Below, piece after piece: positions 27,431 through 36,201 of a stretch of DNA of 47,104 bases (positions within the stretch are counted from its first letter, which is position 1; every line of letters begins with the position of its first letter). Source of the DNA: Spirochaetota bacterium. GTDB taxonomy: Bacteria; Spirochaetota; B62-G9; DRHN01. The position numbers and the translations under genes are program-made. The notes below the pieces were generated by a model. That model made no database searches. It had not been told where the DNA came from and saw only the letters and a program-made list of their open reading frames with translations. Location: assembly GCA_030673105.1 (NCBI GenBank), contig DAOVJS010000002.1, positions 1 through 47,104 on the forward strand, read 5' to 3'.

Positions 27431-28978
27431 AGTTATCTTCCATATTCTCAAATCTTTTTTATCAAGATATTCAATGGATTTGTCAAATGCCTTTTCTTTC
27501 TGTGATATGCTTTTAAATATTCTATTCCTGATTGCAAGAGTTACCGCGATCGCGTTAAACTTCCCTTCATCCGGCCTGGCTCCGGTCGATACCTGCATAC
27601 CGGCCATCTCTTTTTTAACCATCCCTGAAATTTTACCGAAAGAGGGGGCCTTTACATAATCCGCGCCCTTTATCGGCATACCAAGTGTCTTCCAGGTTTT
27701 GATCCTCACACCATTAAAACCTGCAGCCTCCTGAATAACACTTTCCAGCTCCTGAAGGTAATCAAGAAGATTCAAGCTTGTATACAGCGGCAGCTCACCC
27801 GGACCTGTAATTTTCTTTGAGCTCCTTAAAAGCGTTCTCCCTTCCAGGGTTTGAAAAGGACAAAACCTCACACACCTCATCAGTGTGTAGTCATAAAAGA
27901 ACGTGTCCTTCGCGTACATCCTCATTTCAGGGTAAGAAAAGTCAAAGCCTGTCAGATAAATATCCTTAAATCCCATATGCAGGGCAATTTTAAGGGCCAT
28001 AGAAGAGACAGCCTGGTAGTTTAATATCGCGTTATTTTCATATAAACGGGCCATATCAAAAAGACAGGTTGTGGGGTGCCGGCTGAAAAAGATATACCTG
28101 TTTTTAAAAATATCAAATACGGTGGGATAACTTAAAAAACTGAGAACCGCGGGCACATCATCGATACAGCTGTTCTCCAGTCCATCAAAGTGGTAATGTA
28201 CAAATGACTGGGGATCAATGGTGACAATTAAATCCGGCAGAATGCCATTTCGTACCAGTGGTTTGACCGAGGCATCTGTCGCGATCAGAAAAAAATCCTG
28301 CCTGCGGTTTTTAATATCATCTATGGTCCTGTCAAGAGACGGTCCTGCGCCTGTAATTACCGCGGCCCCTTTGAAAAGATTAAATAAAGAAAAAACAGGG
28401 GTTAATTTATCCACTTTTTTTATATTGATAAAAAAATTCCTGAGCCATGTCCTTGCAAATTTACCAATTGTCACTCCGTCTTTCACAAGATCATCGAGCC
28501 CTTTTCTGATATCTCTTTCAATATCAGCATAAAGTAATGAAAATATCCGCTCCAGAGGTTTATAGCTCAATACCCTGATCCTGTTATAAAAAAGGTAATC
28601 ATAACACCCCTTTATACCCGGTATAAATTGAAGAACATTTTTCCCGCTGAATAATTCAACCTTCCCGCTTTCATGGATTTGCTTAATACCCGCAAGGCTT
28701 TTTACTTCTGAATAGATTTCCTCCACAGGTTCAATAATAATAATCTTTTTCACCTGCGGATTGTTCAAAAACGGCTCTATGTGATATCCCAGCCCCAGAC
28801 CGATAAAGATGTAAAAATCGTCACCCTCTGTGAAATGTTCCTTATAAAACCTGTTGCCATCTCTCTCCGGATTGTACCTGGAGTATATCGGCTGCCTCTT
28901 TCCGTTGATTATTACAACAAGGTTATCCTTACCGGATTCCGATTTCTCTATACAGATATTCATCAGCGCTCCATACAA
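27428..28978 (-). CDS. maf: Motility accessory factor (Maf, MptE-like/DUF115) putative flagellin glycosyltransferase
   Basis: 516 aa. It has AVITGAGPSLD and the later IATDAS/LTGFDFSY pattern typical of Maf proteins. Confidence 0.7.
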   Translation of the reverse strand: MYGALMNICIEKSESGKDNLVVIINGKRQPIYSRYNPERDGNRFYKEHFTEGDDFYIFIGLGLGYHIEPFLNNPQVKKIIIIEPVEEIYSEVKSLAGIKQIHESGKVELFSGKNVLQFIPGIKGCYDYLFYNRIRVLSYKPLERIFSLLYADIERDIRKGLDDLVKDGVTIGKFARTWLRNFFINIKKVDKLTPVFSLFNLFKGAAVITGAGPSLDRTIDDIKNRRQDFFLIATDASVKPLVRNGILPDLIVTIDPQSFVHYHFDGLENSCIDDVPAVLSFLSYPTVFDIFKNRYIFFSRHPTTCLFDMARLYENNAILNYQAVSSMALKIALHMGFKDIYLTGFDFSYPEMRMYAKDTFFYDYTLMRCVRFCPFQTLEGRTLLRSSKKITGPGELPLYTSLNLLDYLQELESVIQEAAGFNGVRIKTWKTLGMPIKGADYVKAPSFGKISGMVKKEMAGMQVSTGARPDEGKFNAIAVTLAIRNRIFKSISQKEKAFDKSIEYLDKKDLRIWKIT

Positions 28979-30636
28979 CCATATCTTTTCTGAAAGGTCC
29001 TGACCGCAACGGCAACATCTGTTCCAATATCTTCTATTTTCACGAAGTCCGGTAAATTCCCGTAAAATAACCGATAGACCTCATACAGAGCACTTTTTTC
29101 TGCAATATCTCCGCTTTTTTCAATAGAGAGATTTATCTTTTGAATATCATCAAGTACTGTTTCCTTTGTGATCCTGATTTTTTCAGTGTCTCTCATCTTT
29201 CCAAGAAATTCTGATTTGATTTTACTGTCATATGAATAAAGAGTATTCGATGAGGCTGTTTTCAATTTATCCATGAAAGCTCCATCATTCAGTCTGGATA
29301 TATCGTCAGATATAATTTCACTTTCAAGCCACTGTTTGTACAGTAGTAGTTTGTGGGATGATTTCAGCCTGCGCCCCGACTGCGCGTCTGTGCTGATAAC
29401 CCTGTCCCGCTTCAGTCTGCTGAAAACAGCGGTAGGCCAGTTTTTAAGCCGTGTGGATGACGCGAGATAAAAGTTATCAAAGCCCGCCCCCTGATGGTGA
29501 TCTTTTAATCCCCGGAAGGCAAAATCAAAACCTGCAAGGTATATTTCTGTAAATCCCATCAGCCTCGCAAGTAAAATCATAACTGAAGAGGCAGTTCCCT
29601 GCATTGGAATATACAGATTCAACTTGTTTGCTTTGCCAAGATTACATTCCAGCGGAAGACCGTGGGAAATCAAATAGATATTCCCCGCCCAATTTTCTAG
29701 TATTGAAGTGTCCGCGGAATATGTAGAAATGAGCGGCACTGTTAAGTCCCGTAAAAACCTGTACCTGTTTCCGAACCCGGCATCTGTTGTTATTATGAAA
29801 TCCGGCTGTATACCGTTTTTTAAAAGATATGGCACAGATGGCAGCAGGGCAAAAAGCGGCAGTTTCTTACTCCACATTTTCAAGTCCCCGGTTATGTCTT
29901 CGATAAAAGGTCCGGAAGCTGCGAGGAGAACAGGGCCATTAAAAAGCTTTTCGAATTGGTGTGTTCCATAGAAACTTATCTTAAATTGGCCCGAATTTTT
30001 CAGTATATTTCTTACCCACAGCCTCTGCATCGCCCTCTCTGTAACAGATGAAGCCGCCCACTCTTTTAATTTCCTGTTGATGGATTCTTCAATCAAACGG
30101 TAGTATTCCCGGTGCACCTGAATACTTTGAGGATGTTTTACAATCGACAATTTTCCGAAGGGCAGAGAGCTGATTTTTTTTATAAGATCTTCCTCACCGA
30201 TTCCGATTAAAGGAACGACTGATCTGAAAATTTGCGGTTCTATTACATGCAGGGCCGCATTAAAAACATCAAGGTCCTTTTCAATCAGGACGCCCGGCGT
30301 ATTATACCTGCCGATAAGGGCGTTGATATGATACCCCAGGCCGCTTCCAAAAAAAAGGACAGTTTTCCCATGGGTCACCTGTCCGTTGATGTATCTGAGC
30401 GCGTTCTTCTCAGGGGAATACTTTGATTCAAGATACACTCCTCTAACTTTGAGCGTTAAAGAACCATCCTTTGTACTTTCCAGTGACAGATTTACAGCAG
30501 AGCTCCGGACCCTGTTATAAAGATCGCGGTATGCCCCCTGCAGAAATTTGAGGTTTTCTGAATAGTTATTGGAGTATCTGGCAGGTATTATACTCAAAAA
30601 TAATTTCCCGGGAGAACAGTTAACCAAGATTGCCAA
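28963..30636 (-). CDS. maf: Motility accessory factor (Maf-type), second diverged paralogue
   Basis: 557 aa. It has LLAASGPFIED, ITTDAG and LAGFDFAF in the same order as the neighbouring maf. It overlaps that gene by 16 nt. Confidence 0.7.
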   Translation of the reverse strand: MAILVNCSPGKLFLSIIPARYSNNYSENLKFLQGAYRDLYNRVRSSAVNLSLESTKDGSLTLKVRGVYLESKYSPEKNALRYINGQVTHGKTVLFFGSGLGYHINALIGRYNTPGVLIEKDLDVFNAALHVIEPQIFRSVVPLIGIGEEDLIKKISSLPFGKLSIVKHPQSIQVHREYYRLIEESINRKLKEWAASSVTERAMQRLWVRNILKNSGQFKISFYGTHQFEKLFNGPVLLAASGPFIEDITGDLKMWSKKLPLFALLPSVPYLLKNGIQPDFIITTDAGFGNRYRFLRDLTVPLISTYSADTSILENWAGNIYLISHGLPLECNLGKANKLNLYIPMQGTASSVMILLARLMGFTEIYLAGFDFAFRGLKDHHQGAGFDNFYLASSTRLKNWPTAVFSRLKRDRVISTDAQSGRRLKSSHKLLLYKQWLESEIISDDISRLNDGAFMDKLKTASSNTLYSYDSKIKSEFLGKMRDTEKIRITKETVLDDIQKINLSIEKSGDIAEKSALYEVYRLFYGNLPDFVKIEDIGTDVAVAVRTFQKRYGCMER

Positions 30637-32659
30637 GTATATCAGCTAGGTCCTTACTCTCTTTAGGGAAGCTCGTTATAGAAGATACAAGATGGAGGAC
30701 CTTTTCCTTTTTCTCACCTTCAAATATTTCATGAAACTCCCTTATTACCTGCTTAACAGCAGCATTCGCCTCAATGTCTTCCATTTTTCTCAACAACAGT
30801 ACCGTTTTATTCCATTCAATACCTTTAAAAACACCATTATTCTGGACCCGTTTTTCGATTATTTTATACAGTTTTTCAATAAAACCCCAGTATCTACTGA
30901 ATCCGTGTGTTTTTAAAGCTTTTTTTCCATTTTCTATTGTTAACATCACAACATGGAGGGGCTGCCTGCTTCGTTTCGCCCTTCTAATTTCCCGCGTCAG
31001 CAGATCTTCCAGCACATCAAAGGGGTCTAAACCTCTGAATTGCCTGTACATGATATATGGCGCAATGCTCCGTGTGCCGTGTTTCAGTTTTGATTTTATT
31101 TCATTGGATAGCTTCTTCGAAGCGCCTTTCATCCTGTGGACATTCAGAATGCCCAGAACTTCATCCCCGAAGATGACGGGGCAGACGATGTAGGTTTTTA
31201 ACTGCTCATCCTTTTTCCCTGTAAGCTTTTTTATCCGACTGGCCGCGTCGGTTAATAATGCAGGCTCACGGCCCTCGATTATTGACTTTATCCCCCTATC
31301 GCTCTTCGAGACCCTGTATTTATTCAGTATTTTTTTCGGGATTCCAATACTATCATCAACCTTCAATTTTCCCCGCCCGCCCCAGCCTGTTACAAGGGCA
31401 GCCGTTTCGATCTCGAGGAGGGAATAAAGATTCTGCATCGCGTCTTCCAGCATATCTTCTTCCAGCAGTTCAGCGGACCTGTCGGAATAACTGTACAGGT
31501 CAAGGAGGGCATCTCTTTCGTTTCTTTCGGTATTCAGCTTATCCAAATTCCTTTGAAACGCACCTTCAAGCACATATTTGCTGAGAAAAAGACCGGATAG
31601 ATAGGTAAAGAGGTTGATGGTTTCAGCTTTTAGCTTTGGTCTTTTCGGCTGATTCCCCACAATTATAAAGCCCGGGAGCTCCTCTCCGGAAGGAAAGGGA
31701 AAAGCGTTCCATGGTGAAAGAAAGTCAAGTTTAGCCGTTTCCTTTACGACTGCCCCGTCTTTTATACTGCCCGATTTGAGAGGCATGACAGTTTCATCCT
31801 TCAATGACTTAATGAACTTTATATTCTCACGGAAATTGATTTTTCCCGTTTTTTTATCGTATGATTCTTCAGGGTATATACATTCCACAGAATACTTACC
31901 TTTATAGTAAACAAATAGAATTCCGATTTTACCCTTCCCGAGCCTGGTTAATATTTCTGTTACTGATTCGCAAAAAGGATCGTATCCTTTTTTACCAATA
32001 ACATCATTAAAAAGCCTGATTATCTGAAGGGTGTCCTTTTCATTAAGATACTGTTCAATCGTTTCAGAAAGAGAAACGGGAGCCTCCTCTTCCTCTTTTA
32101 TTTCTGCAACAGGTTTCTCGGCTTCTTCAAGACCCTCCGTAACAACCCCGCCCTTCTTCAATGCGGCTTCGAGCTCGCCGGGTTTTCCAGCCGGTACGAG
32201 GGGTCCGCCTCCCTCTTTCTCCTTCATAAGAATTGCCTGTTCCAGCAACCCGCCTCTCGGTTCATAGACAGGCTCTTCTCCTTCACGCAGAGCCTCTTCT
32301 CCTTCACGCAGAGCCTCTTCTCCTACAAACAGGGGCTCCTCTCCTTCACGCAGAGCCTCTTCTCCTACAAACAGGGGCTCTTCTCCTTCACGCAGGGCCT
32401 CTTCTCCTACAAACAGGGGCTCCTCCCCCTCCTCTTTCAGGGCTTTATCCTCCTCACCGTTCAGGATCCGGGCCGCCTCTTCCAGCAGCCCGCCCTTCCG
32501 CGCCGTTTCTTCCGGTTCAGGTTCCCCTTTTGTTCTGTGTTTCTCAGCTTTTTCCAGCAGTCCTGTCCTTCCTGAAGAAGCACCGGACTCAGGCGCTCCT
32601 GACTCCTTTTTCTCATTCTCTCTCTTACTGACCGTTTGTGCCTTTGAAAGTAAACCCAT
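30620..32659 (-). CDS. Acidic-repeat protein with two GAF-like regions and a degenerate GGDEF-like C-terminal domain
   Basis: 679 aa. The N-terminal ~200 aa are low-complexity and acidic. A GAF-like ending reads VCPVIFGDEVLGILNVHR. The C-terminal RAKRSRQPLHVVMLTIENGKKALKTHGF...GVFKGIEWNKTVLLL aligns by eye to a GGDEF domain but lacks the GGDEF motif itself. Confidence 0.55.
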   Translation of the reverse strand: MGLLSKAQTVSKRENEKKESGAPESGASSGRTGLLEKAEKHRTKGEPEPEETARKGGLLEEAARILNGEEDKALKEEGEEPLFVGEEALREGEEPLFVGEEALREGEEPLFVGEEALREGEEALREGEEPVYEPRGGLLEQAILMKEKEGGGPLVPAGKPGELEAALKKGGVVTEGLEEAEKPVAEIKEEEEAPVSLSETIEQYLNEKDTLQIIRLFNDVIGKKGYDPFCESVTEILTRLGKGKIGILFVYYKGKYSVECIYPEESYDKKTGKINFRENIKFIKSLKDETVMPLKSGSIKDGAVVKETAKLDFLSPWNAFPFPSGEELPGFIIVGNQPKRPKLKAETINLFTYLSGLFLSKYVLEGAFQRNLDKLNTERNERDALLDLYSYSDRSAELLEEDMLEDAMQNLYSLLEIETAALVTGWGGRGKLKVDDSIGIPKKILNKYRVSKSDRGIKSIIEGREPALLTDAASRIKKLTGKKDEQLKTYIVCPVIFGDEVLGILNVHRMKGASKKLSNEIKSKLKHGTRSIAPYIMYRQFRGLDPFDVLEDLLTREIRRAKRSRQPLHVVMLTIENGKKALKTHGFSRYWGFIEKLYKIIEKRVQNNGVFKGIEWNKTVLLLRKMEDIEANAAVKQVIREFHEIFEGEKKEKVLHLVSSITSFPKESKDLADILGNLG
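32273..32419. repeat. In-frame tandem repeat, seven 21-bp subunits (three 42-bp units plus one 21-bp)
   Basis: Two subunit types alternate: ctcttctccttcacgcag[a/g]gc (encoding ALREGEE) and ctcttctcctacaaacagggg (encoding PLFVGEE). Together they encode (GEEPLFVGEEALRE)x3 followed by GEEALRE. Confidence 0.95.
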
Positions 32660-32763
32660 TTTCTCCCCTCTGTGGTTTTTTATGCCTTTTGTAAATTATC
32701 GGATGCTTATTTTATAAGTTAACCTATGTAACCCATTAACATAATTCGTAAAAAAAGTTTTAA

Positions 32764-32791
32764 TAAATTTTGGTGACAAGAGACCCGATAA
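32764..32791 (+). promoter_or_regulatory. Sigma28-type promoter candidate on the plus strand, facing hsp20
   Basis: TAAATTTT-N12-CCCGATAA (7/8 and 7/8 matches to consensus), with the same spacing as the fliS promoter. It lies about 220 nt upstream of the hsp20 ATG. Confidence 0.45.
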
Positions 32792-32816
32792 TCACAGCTT
32801 ACAAGTAAATTATTGT

Positions 32817-32888
32817 GTTAATATGATACACACGTTTGGCTAATATGACCCATATTGTCAATATGATACAATTCAGAGGTATATGACT
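32817..32888. promoter_or_regulatory. Four phased ATATGA-core repeats (possible activator/UAS sites)
   Basis: AATATGATACA occurs identically at 32820..32830 and 32860..32870. Variants are TAATATGACC (32841..32850) and GTATATGACT (32879..32888). Core spacing is 22, 18 and 20 nt. There is also an inverted AATATG-acc-CATATT centred near 32850. Confidence 0.4.
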
Positions 32889-32954
32889 TTCCTCAGAATG
32901 ACCGGCACTTTAGATAATTCTATATATATAACAAATTATTTATTTTTCTAAATA

Positions 32955-32970
32955 TGGCACAGATTATGCT
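32955..32970 (+). promoter_or_regulatory. Sigma54 -24/-12 promoter candidate for hsp20
   Basis: TGGCACagattATGCT against the consensus TGGCAC-N5-TTGCW. GG (32956..32957) and GC (32968..32969) have the canonical spacing. The predicted start is about 30 nt before the ATG, and a GAGGAGG RBS lies in between. Confidence 0.5.
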
Positions 32971-33010
32971 TTAATATAAGTGAAAATAAAAAACCGAGGA
33001 GGTATTAAAA

Positions 33011-33445
33011 ATGAACATCATTAAATACAGGCCGAACAGATGGTTGAGCGTTTTTGATGATTCCTGGAACAGAGTATACAACTCTTTCCTTGACGATTTT
33101 CCCTTTACAAGAGAAAACAGCACACCCGCGGTTGACGTCAGAGAGAATGAGAATGGTTACAGCATGGAGGTAGAGCTGCCCGGGTTAACAGAAAAGGACA
33201 TAGAAGTTAAAGTAGAGGGAAATTTACTCACACTCTCATCGAAAAAAAGTGAAGAAAAAGAGGAAGAGAAGAAGGGCTACCTCAGGAGAGAGAGAAGGAG
33301 CTACAGCTTTTGTAGATCATTTGTCCTTCCCGAGAACACCGATGCAGAAAAAATTTCTGTTGGTTTTAAAAACGGGCTGCTTACACTGAGTCTGCCGAAA
33401 CCTGAAAAGGAAAAACCAAAACTGCTGGAGATCAAGGTCAAATAA
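33011..33445 (+). CDS. Small heat-shock protein (Hsp20/alpha-crystallin family)
   Basis: 144 aa. It has VDVRENENGYSMEVELPGLTEKDIEVKVEGNLLTL and GLLTLSLPK. Confidence 0.9.
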   Translation: MNIIKYRPNRWLSVFDDSWNRVYNSFLDDFPFTRENSTPAVDVRENENGYSMEVELPGLTEKDIEVKVEGNLLTLSSKKSEEKEEEKKGYLRRERRSYSFCRSFVLPENTDAEKISVGFKNGLLTLSLPKPEKEKPKLLEIKVK

Positions 33446-33460
33446 ATCATCAAACGTTTA

Positions 33461-33489
33461 AAAAAGGGGCCCATCAGGGTCCCTTTTTT
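33461..33489. terminator. Bidirectional intrinsic terminator between convergent hsp20 and pheT
   Basis: aaaaaggggccc-atca-gggtccctttttt. The GC stem is 7 bp with one G-U pair, extended by A/T pairs, and has T-runs on both strands. Confidence 0.7.
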
Positions 33490-33505
33490 GCAAGTTTATA
33501 TCATT

Positions 33506-36016
33506 TCACCTCAGCTCCCATCCATGTTTCCTTATCCTTTCCGCAATATCCTCATGCACGATGTTTGCTTCTTTCTCTGTCAGGGTCCTGTCGTCTCTTC
33601 TGTAATAAACGTTAAAAGCAAGGTTCTTCTTACCCTGAGGGAGGGGCTTTCCCCTGTATATATCAAAGAGCGCTGCCCTCTCTATCAGGGATGAGGATGT
33701 ACCTTTACGTTCCATCTTTCTCGACAGAATGTAATCCCTGACCTCACGAACGGATACCTCTTCATCGACAACAACGGCAAACGCCAGGACAACCTCAGGA
33801 TAACGCGGCAGCCTGCTGTACTTTTTAGCCTTATTGGCCCTTTGAACACTCTTCATTAAGAGCCCGAGGTCTATATCGAAGATGGCTGCCCTGTATATAT
33901 TAAAATCAATCCCAACCCTTCCAAGCAGTCCTGGATTCAATTCAGAGGCAATACCGAAACATATATCTTCATCCGCAAGGAGAGCCCTTCTGCCTGAATG
34001 GTAAACACCAATATCCCCTATGCTGTTCAGGTCATAACACCTTCCGTACTTTTTTAAAGAATCAAAGGTAACAAACTCAGCCCCTGTCAGGTACAATTTC
34101 TGAAAAAATACCTCAAGCATCCCCTTTATCTCAAAGAAAACAGAAGATCCTCCGGTCTTTCTTACTATAAGCGCGGATGCCATTTTACGTTCATCAGGAA
34201 GACCGCTGTTTTTATCAGTACCCGCTCCTTCGGGATTATAAACAGAGCCGATTTCAAACAGAGAGAATTCATTCTTATAAAGAATATTTTTTTCAACAAG
34301 AGAGTAGAGGCCGGGTATCAAGCTCCGCCTGAGTCTAACCATGTTTGTGCTCACAGGATTTTTTATGTTTAAAAAAGGAGTTTGCCCGGGATAAAAATGG
34401 GTAAGCACAGAGTCATCCTGAAAGGAATAAGTATACACCTCTGTAAGAGAAAGCTCATTTGAAAGTAAAAGTTTAACCTCCCTCATAAAACTTACGAGGT
34501 CGTCCCTGTACGGCGGATCATTGCTTATTCGCGGAAGATCAGGGTTAATATTATCGTATCCATATATCCGTCCAACTTCTTCAACAAGATCATTGGGTAT
34601 CGATACATCTTTTGTCGCCCGGAATGAAGGGACAGTCACCATCATTTTCTTGCTGTCAGTTTCATTCACCTCAAACTGAAGGGAGCGTAAAATCTTCACT
34701 ATACTCTTTTTTTCAACCTGAACACCTAACATTCTTGAAACCCGGTCCGGATCGAGGGGTATTTCAATCTTTTTCCCCTTTGATAAATTTGCGTCACTGA
34801 GAGGAGACAGGATAACTGCCTGAGGGAGCATCTTTTTAATCAATTTTACAGACCCTGCAATTCCCATAACAGTCAGCTCAGGATCGAGGCTTTTCTCAAA
34901 CCGGTTGGACGCTTCAGTACGGAGCCCCAGCCGTAAAGCGGTCCTTCTTATGCTGACCGGGTTAAAGTTCGCCGCTTCTATGATTATATCATTTGTAACG
35001 TCGCTGATTTCAGAGTTTAACCCTCCCATTATCCCGGCGATTGCAACCGCTTTCTCAGGATCCGTGATAAGCAGTGAGTCGCCTTTAAGTTTTCGCTCCA
35101 TCCCGTCAAGTGTGGTGACGAGCTCACCCTCATGAGCACGCCGGACAATGATCCTCCCTTTAGCGATTTGAGAGGCGTCGAAGGCATGGAGCGGCTGTCC
35201 GATTTCAAGCATTACGTAGTTCGTCACGTCGACAGTATTGTATATGGGCCGTACACCAAGGGTGTACAGCCTCCTCCTTACAGTATAAGAAGACTTTCTC
35301 ACCTGTATATTGCCTAACATTATGGCCGTGTACCGGGGGCAGAGTTTCTCATCATCAATCTGAACATCAATATGCCTGCCGCCCGCTGCGTTTAAAACTT
35401 CATCAACCTGATCCGATGAATACACCGGATTCAGCTTCCTTCCATAAATTGCCGCAAGCTCCCTGGCAAACCCGTAATGCCCCCATAAATCCGGCCTGTT
35501 TGTAATACTCTTATTATCGATTTCGAATATATAATCCTTTGTCGGGAAAAGAGAAGCAACCTGCGCTCCGGGCTTCAGCAAAGGTTGATGAATCACTTCA
35601 TCATCCAGGATCCACAGGCCTGTATGATCATCGCTTACCCCGAGCTCTTTTTCGGAACAGACGATACCAAAAGATTCCACTCCCCTTATCTTCGCCCTTC
35701 TTACCTTTGTGCCGTCGGGAAGTTTCGCTCCAATGAGCGCTACAGGCACAAAAGTATCTTTTCTTGTATTGGGTGCCCCGCTTATAATATCCAGCACGGA
35801 CCCTCCGACATCTATCCTGGTCAGAAACAGCTTATCAGAACCCGGGTGCCGGTTTACTTCTACGATTTTACCGACAACCACATTCTGCAGATCGTCCCCA
35901 ACCTCTTCAAAACCCTCTATTTCTGATGTAGACATTGTAAGCTTAAGGCACAGTTCACCGGGATCAATATCACCGATCTTCACAAACTCGTTCAGCCAGT
36001 TGCAGGATAGCTTCAT
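33506..36016 (-). CDS. pheT: Phenylalanine--tRNA ligase beta subunit
   Basis: 836 aa. It has an N-terminal tRNA-binding domain (VVGKIVEVNRHPGSDKL), B3/4 and B5 regions, and a C-terminal FDX-ACB-like end. Confidence 0.95.
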   Translation of the reverse strand: MKLSCNWLNEFVKIGDIDPGELCLKLTMSTSEIEGFEEVGDDLQNVVVGKIVEVNRHPGSDKLFLTRIDVGGSVLDIISGAPNTRKDTFVPVALIGAKLPDGTKVRRAKIRGVESFGIVCSEKELGVSDDHTGLWILDDEVIHQPLLKPGAQVASLFPTKDYIFEIDNKSITNRPDLWGHYGFARELAAIYGRKLNPVYSSDQVDEVLNAAGGRHIDVQIDDEKLCPRYTAIMLGNIQVRKSSYTVRRRLYTLGVRPIYNTVDVTNYVMLEIGQPLHAFDASQIAKGRIIVRRAHEGELVTTLDGMERKLKGDSLLITDPEKAVAIAGIMGGLNSEISDVTNDIIIEAANFNPVSIRRTALRLGLRTEASNRFEKSLDPELTVMGIAGSVKLIKKMLPQAVILSPLSDANLSKGKKIEIPLDPDRVSRMLGVQVEKKSIVKILRSLQFEVNETDSKKMMVTVPSFRATKDVSIPNDLVEEVGRIYGYDNINPDLPRISNDPPYRDDLVSFMREVKLLLSNELSLTEVYTYSFQDDSVLTHFYPGQTPFLNIKNPVSTNMVRLRRSLIPGLYSLVEKNILYKNEFSLFEIGSVYNPEGAGTDKNSGLPDERKMASALIVRKTGGSSVFFEIKGMLEVFFQKLYLTGAEFVTFDSLKKYGRCYDLNSIGDIGVYHSGRRALLADEDICFGIASELNPGLLGRVGIDFNIYRAAIFDIDLGLLMKSVQRANKAKKYSRLPRYPEVVLAFAVVVDEEVSVREVRDYILSRKMERKGTSSSLIERAALFDIYRGKPLPQGKKNLAFNVYYRRDDRTLTEKEANIVHEDIAERIRKHGWELR

Positions 36017-36201
36017 AAAATGAACCTTTTGTTTAGCGATTTCACTCAGTTACAACAACATCTGTTAAGTAATATATTTTAAGTTTTACAAATCTATAAA
36101 ATTTAAAATCTACAATCAAGAAATTTAGTAAACGCCGGATTATTGAACTGTTCTACTATGTTCTTTTGATTGAGGCGTCGGACAGCTATTAACTTACAAT
36201 G

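Noticed and set aside
30310-30317. A perfect GCCGATAA -10 box on the plus strand. Similar lone boxes occur at 42296..42303 and 42383..42390.
   Set aside because: No TAAA-type -35 lies at the required distance. The first box is antisense inside maf. By rough estimate, a 6-mer core such as CCGATA should occur about two dozen times by chance in this amount of sequence on both strands.
32900-33010. A CIRCE operator or ROSE/fourU-type RNA thermometer in front of hsp20
   Set aside because: There is no TTAGCACTC-N9-GAGTGCTAA-like inverted repeat. I could not draw a convincing stem sequestering the GAGGAGG RBS by eye, although a folding calculation could revisit this.
33506-36016. pheT without an adjacent pheS, as a sign of rearrangement
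   Set aside because: The gene is full length with its own upstream spacer. Separate pheS and pheT loci occur in various bacteria. Nothing in the sequence suggests disruption.
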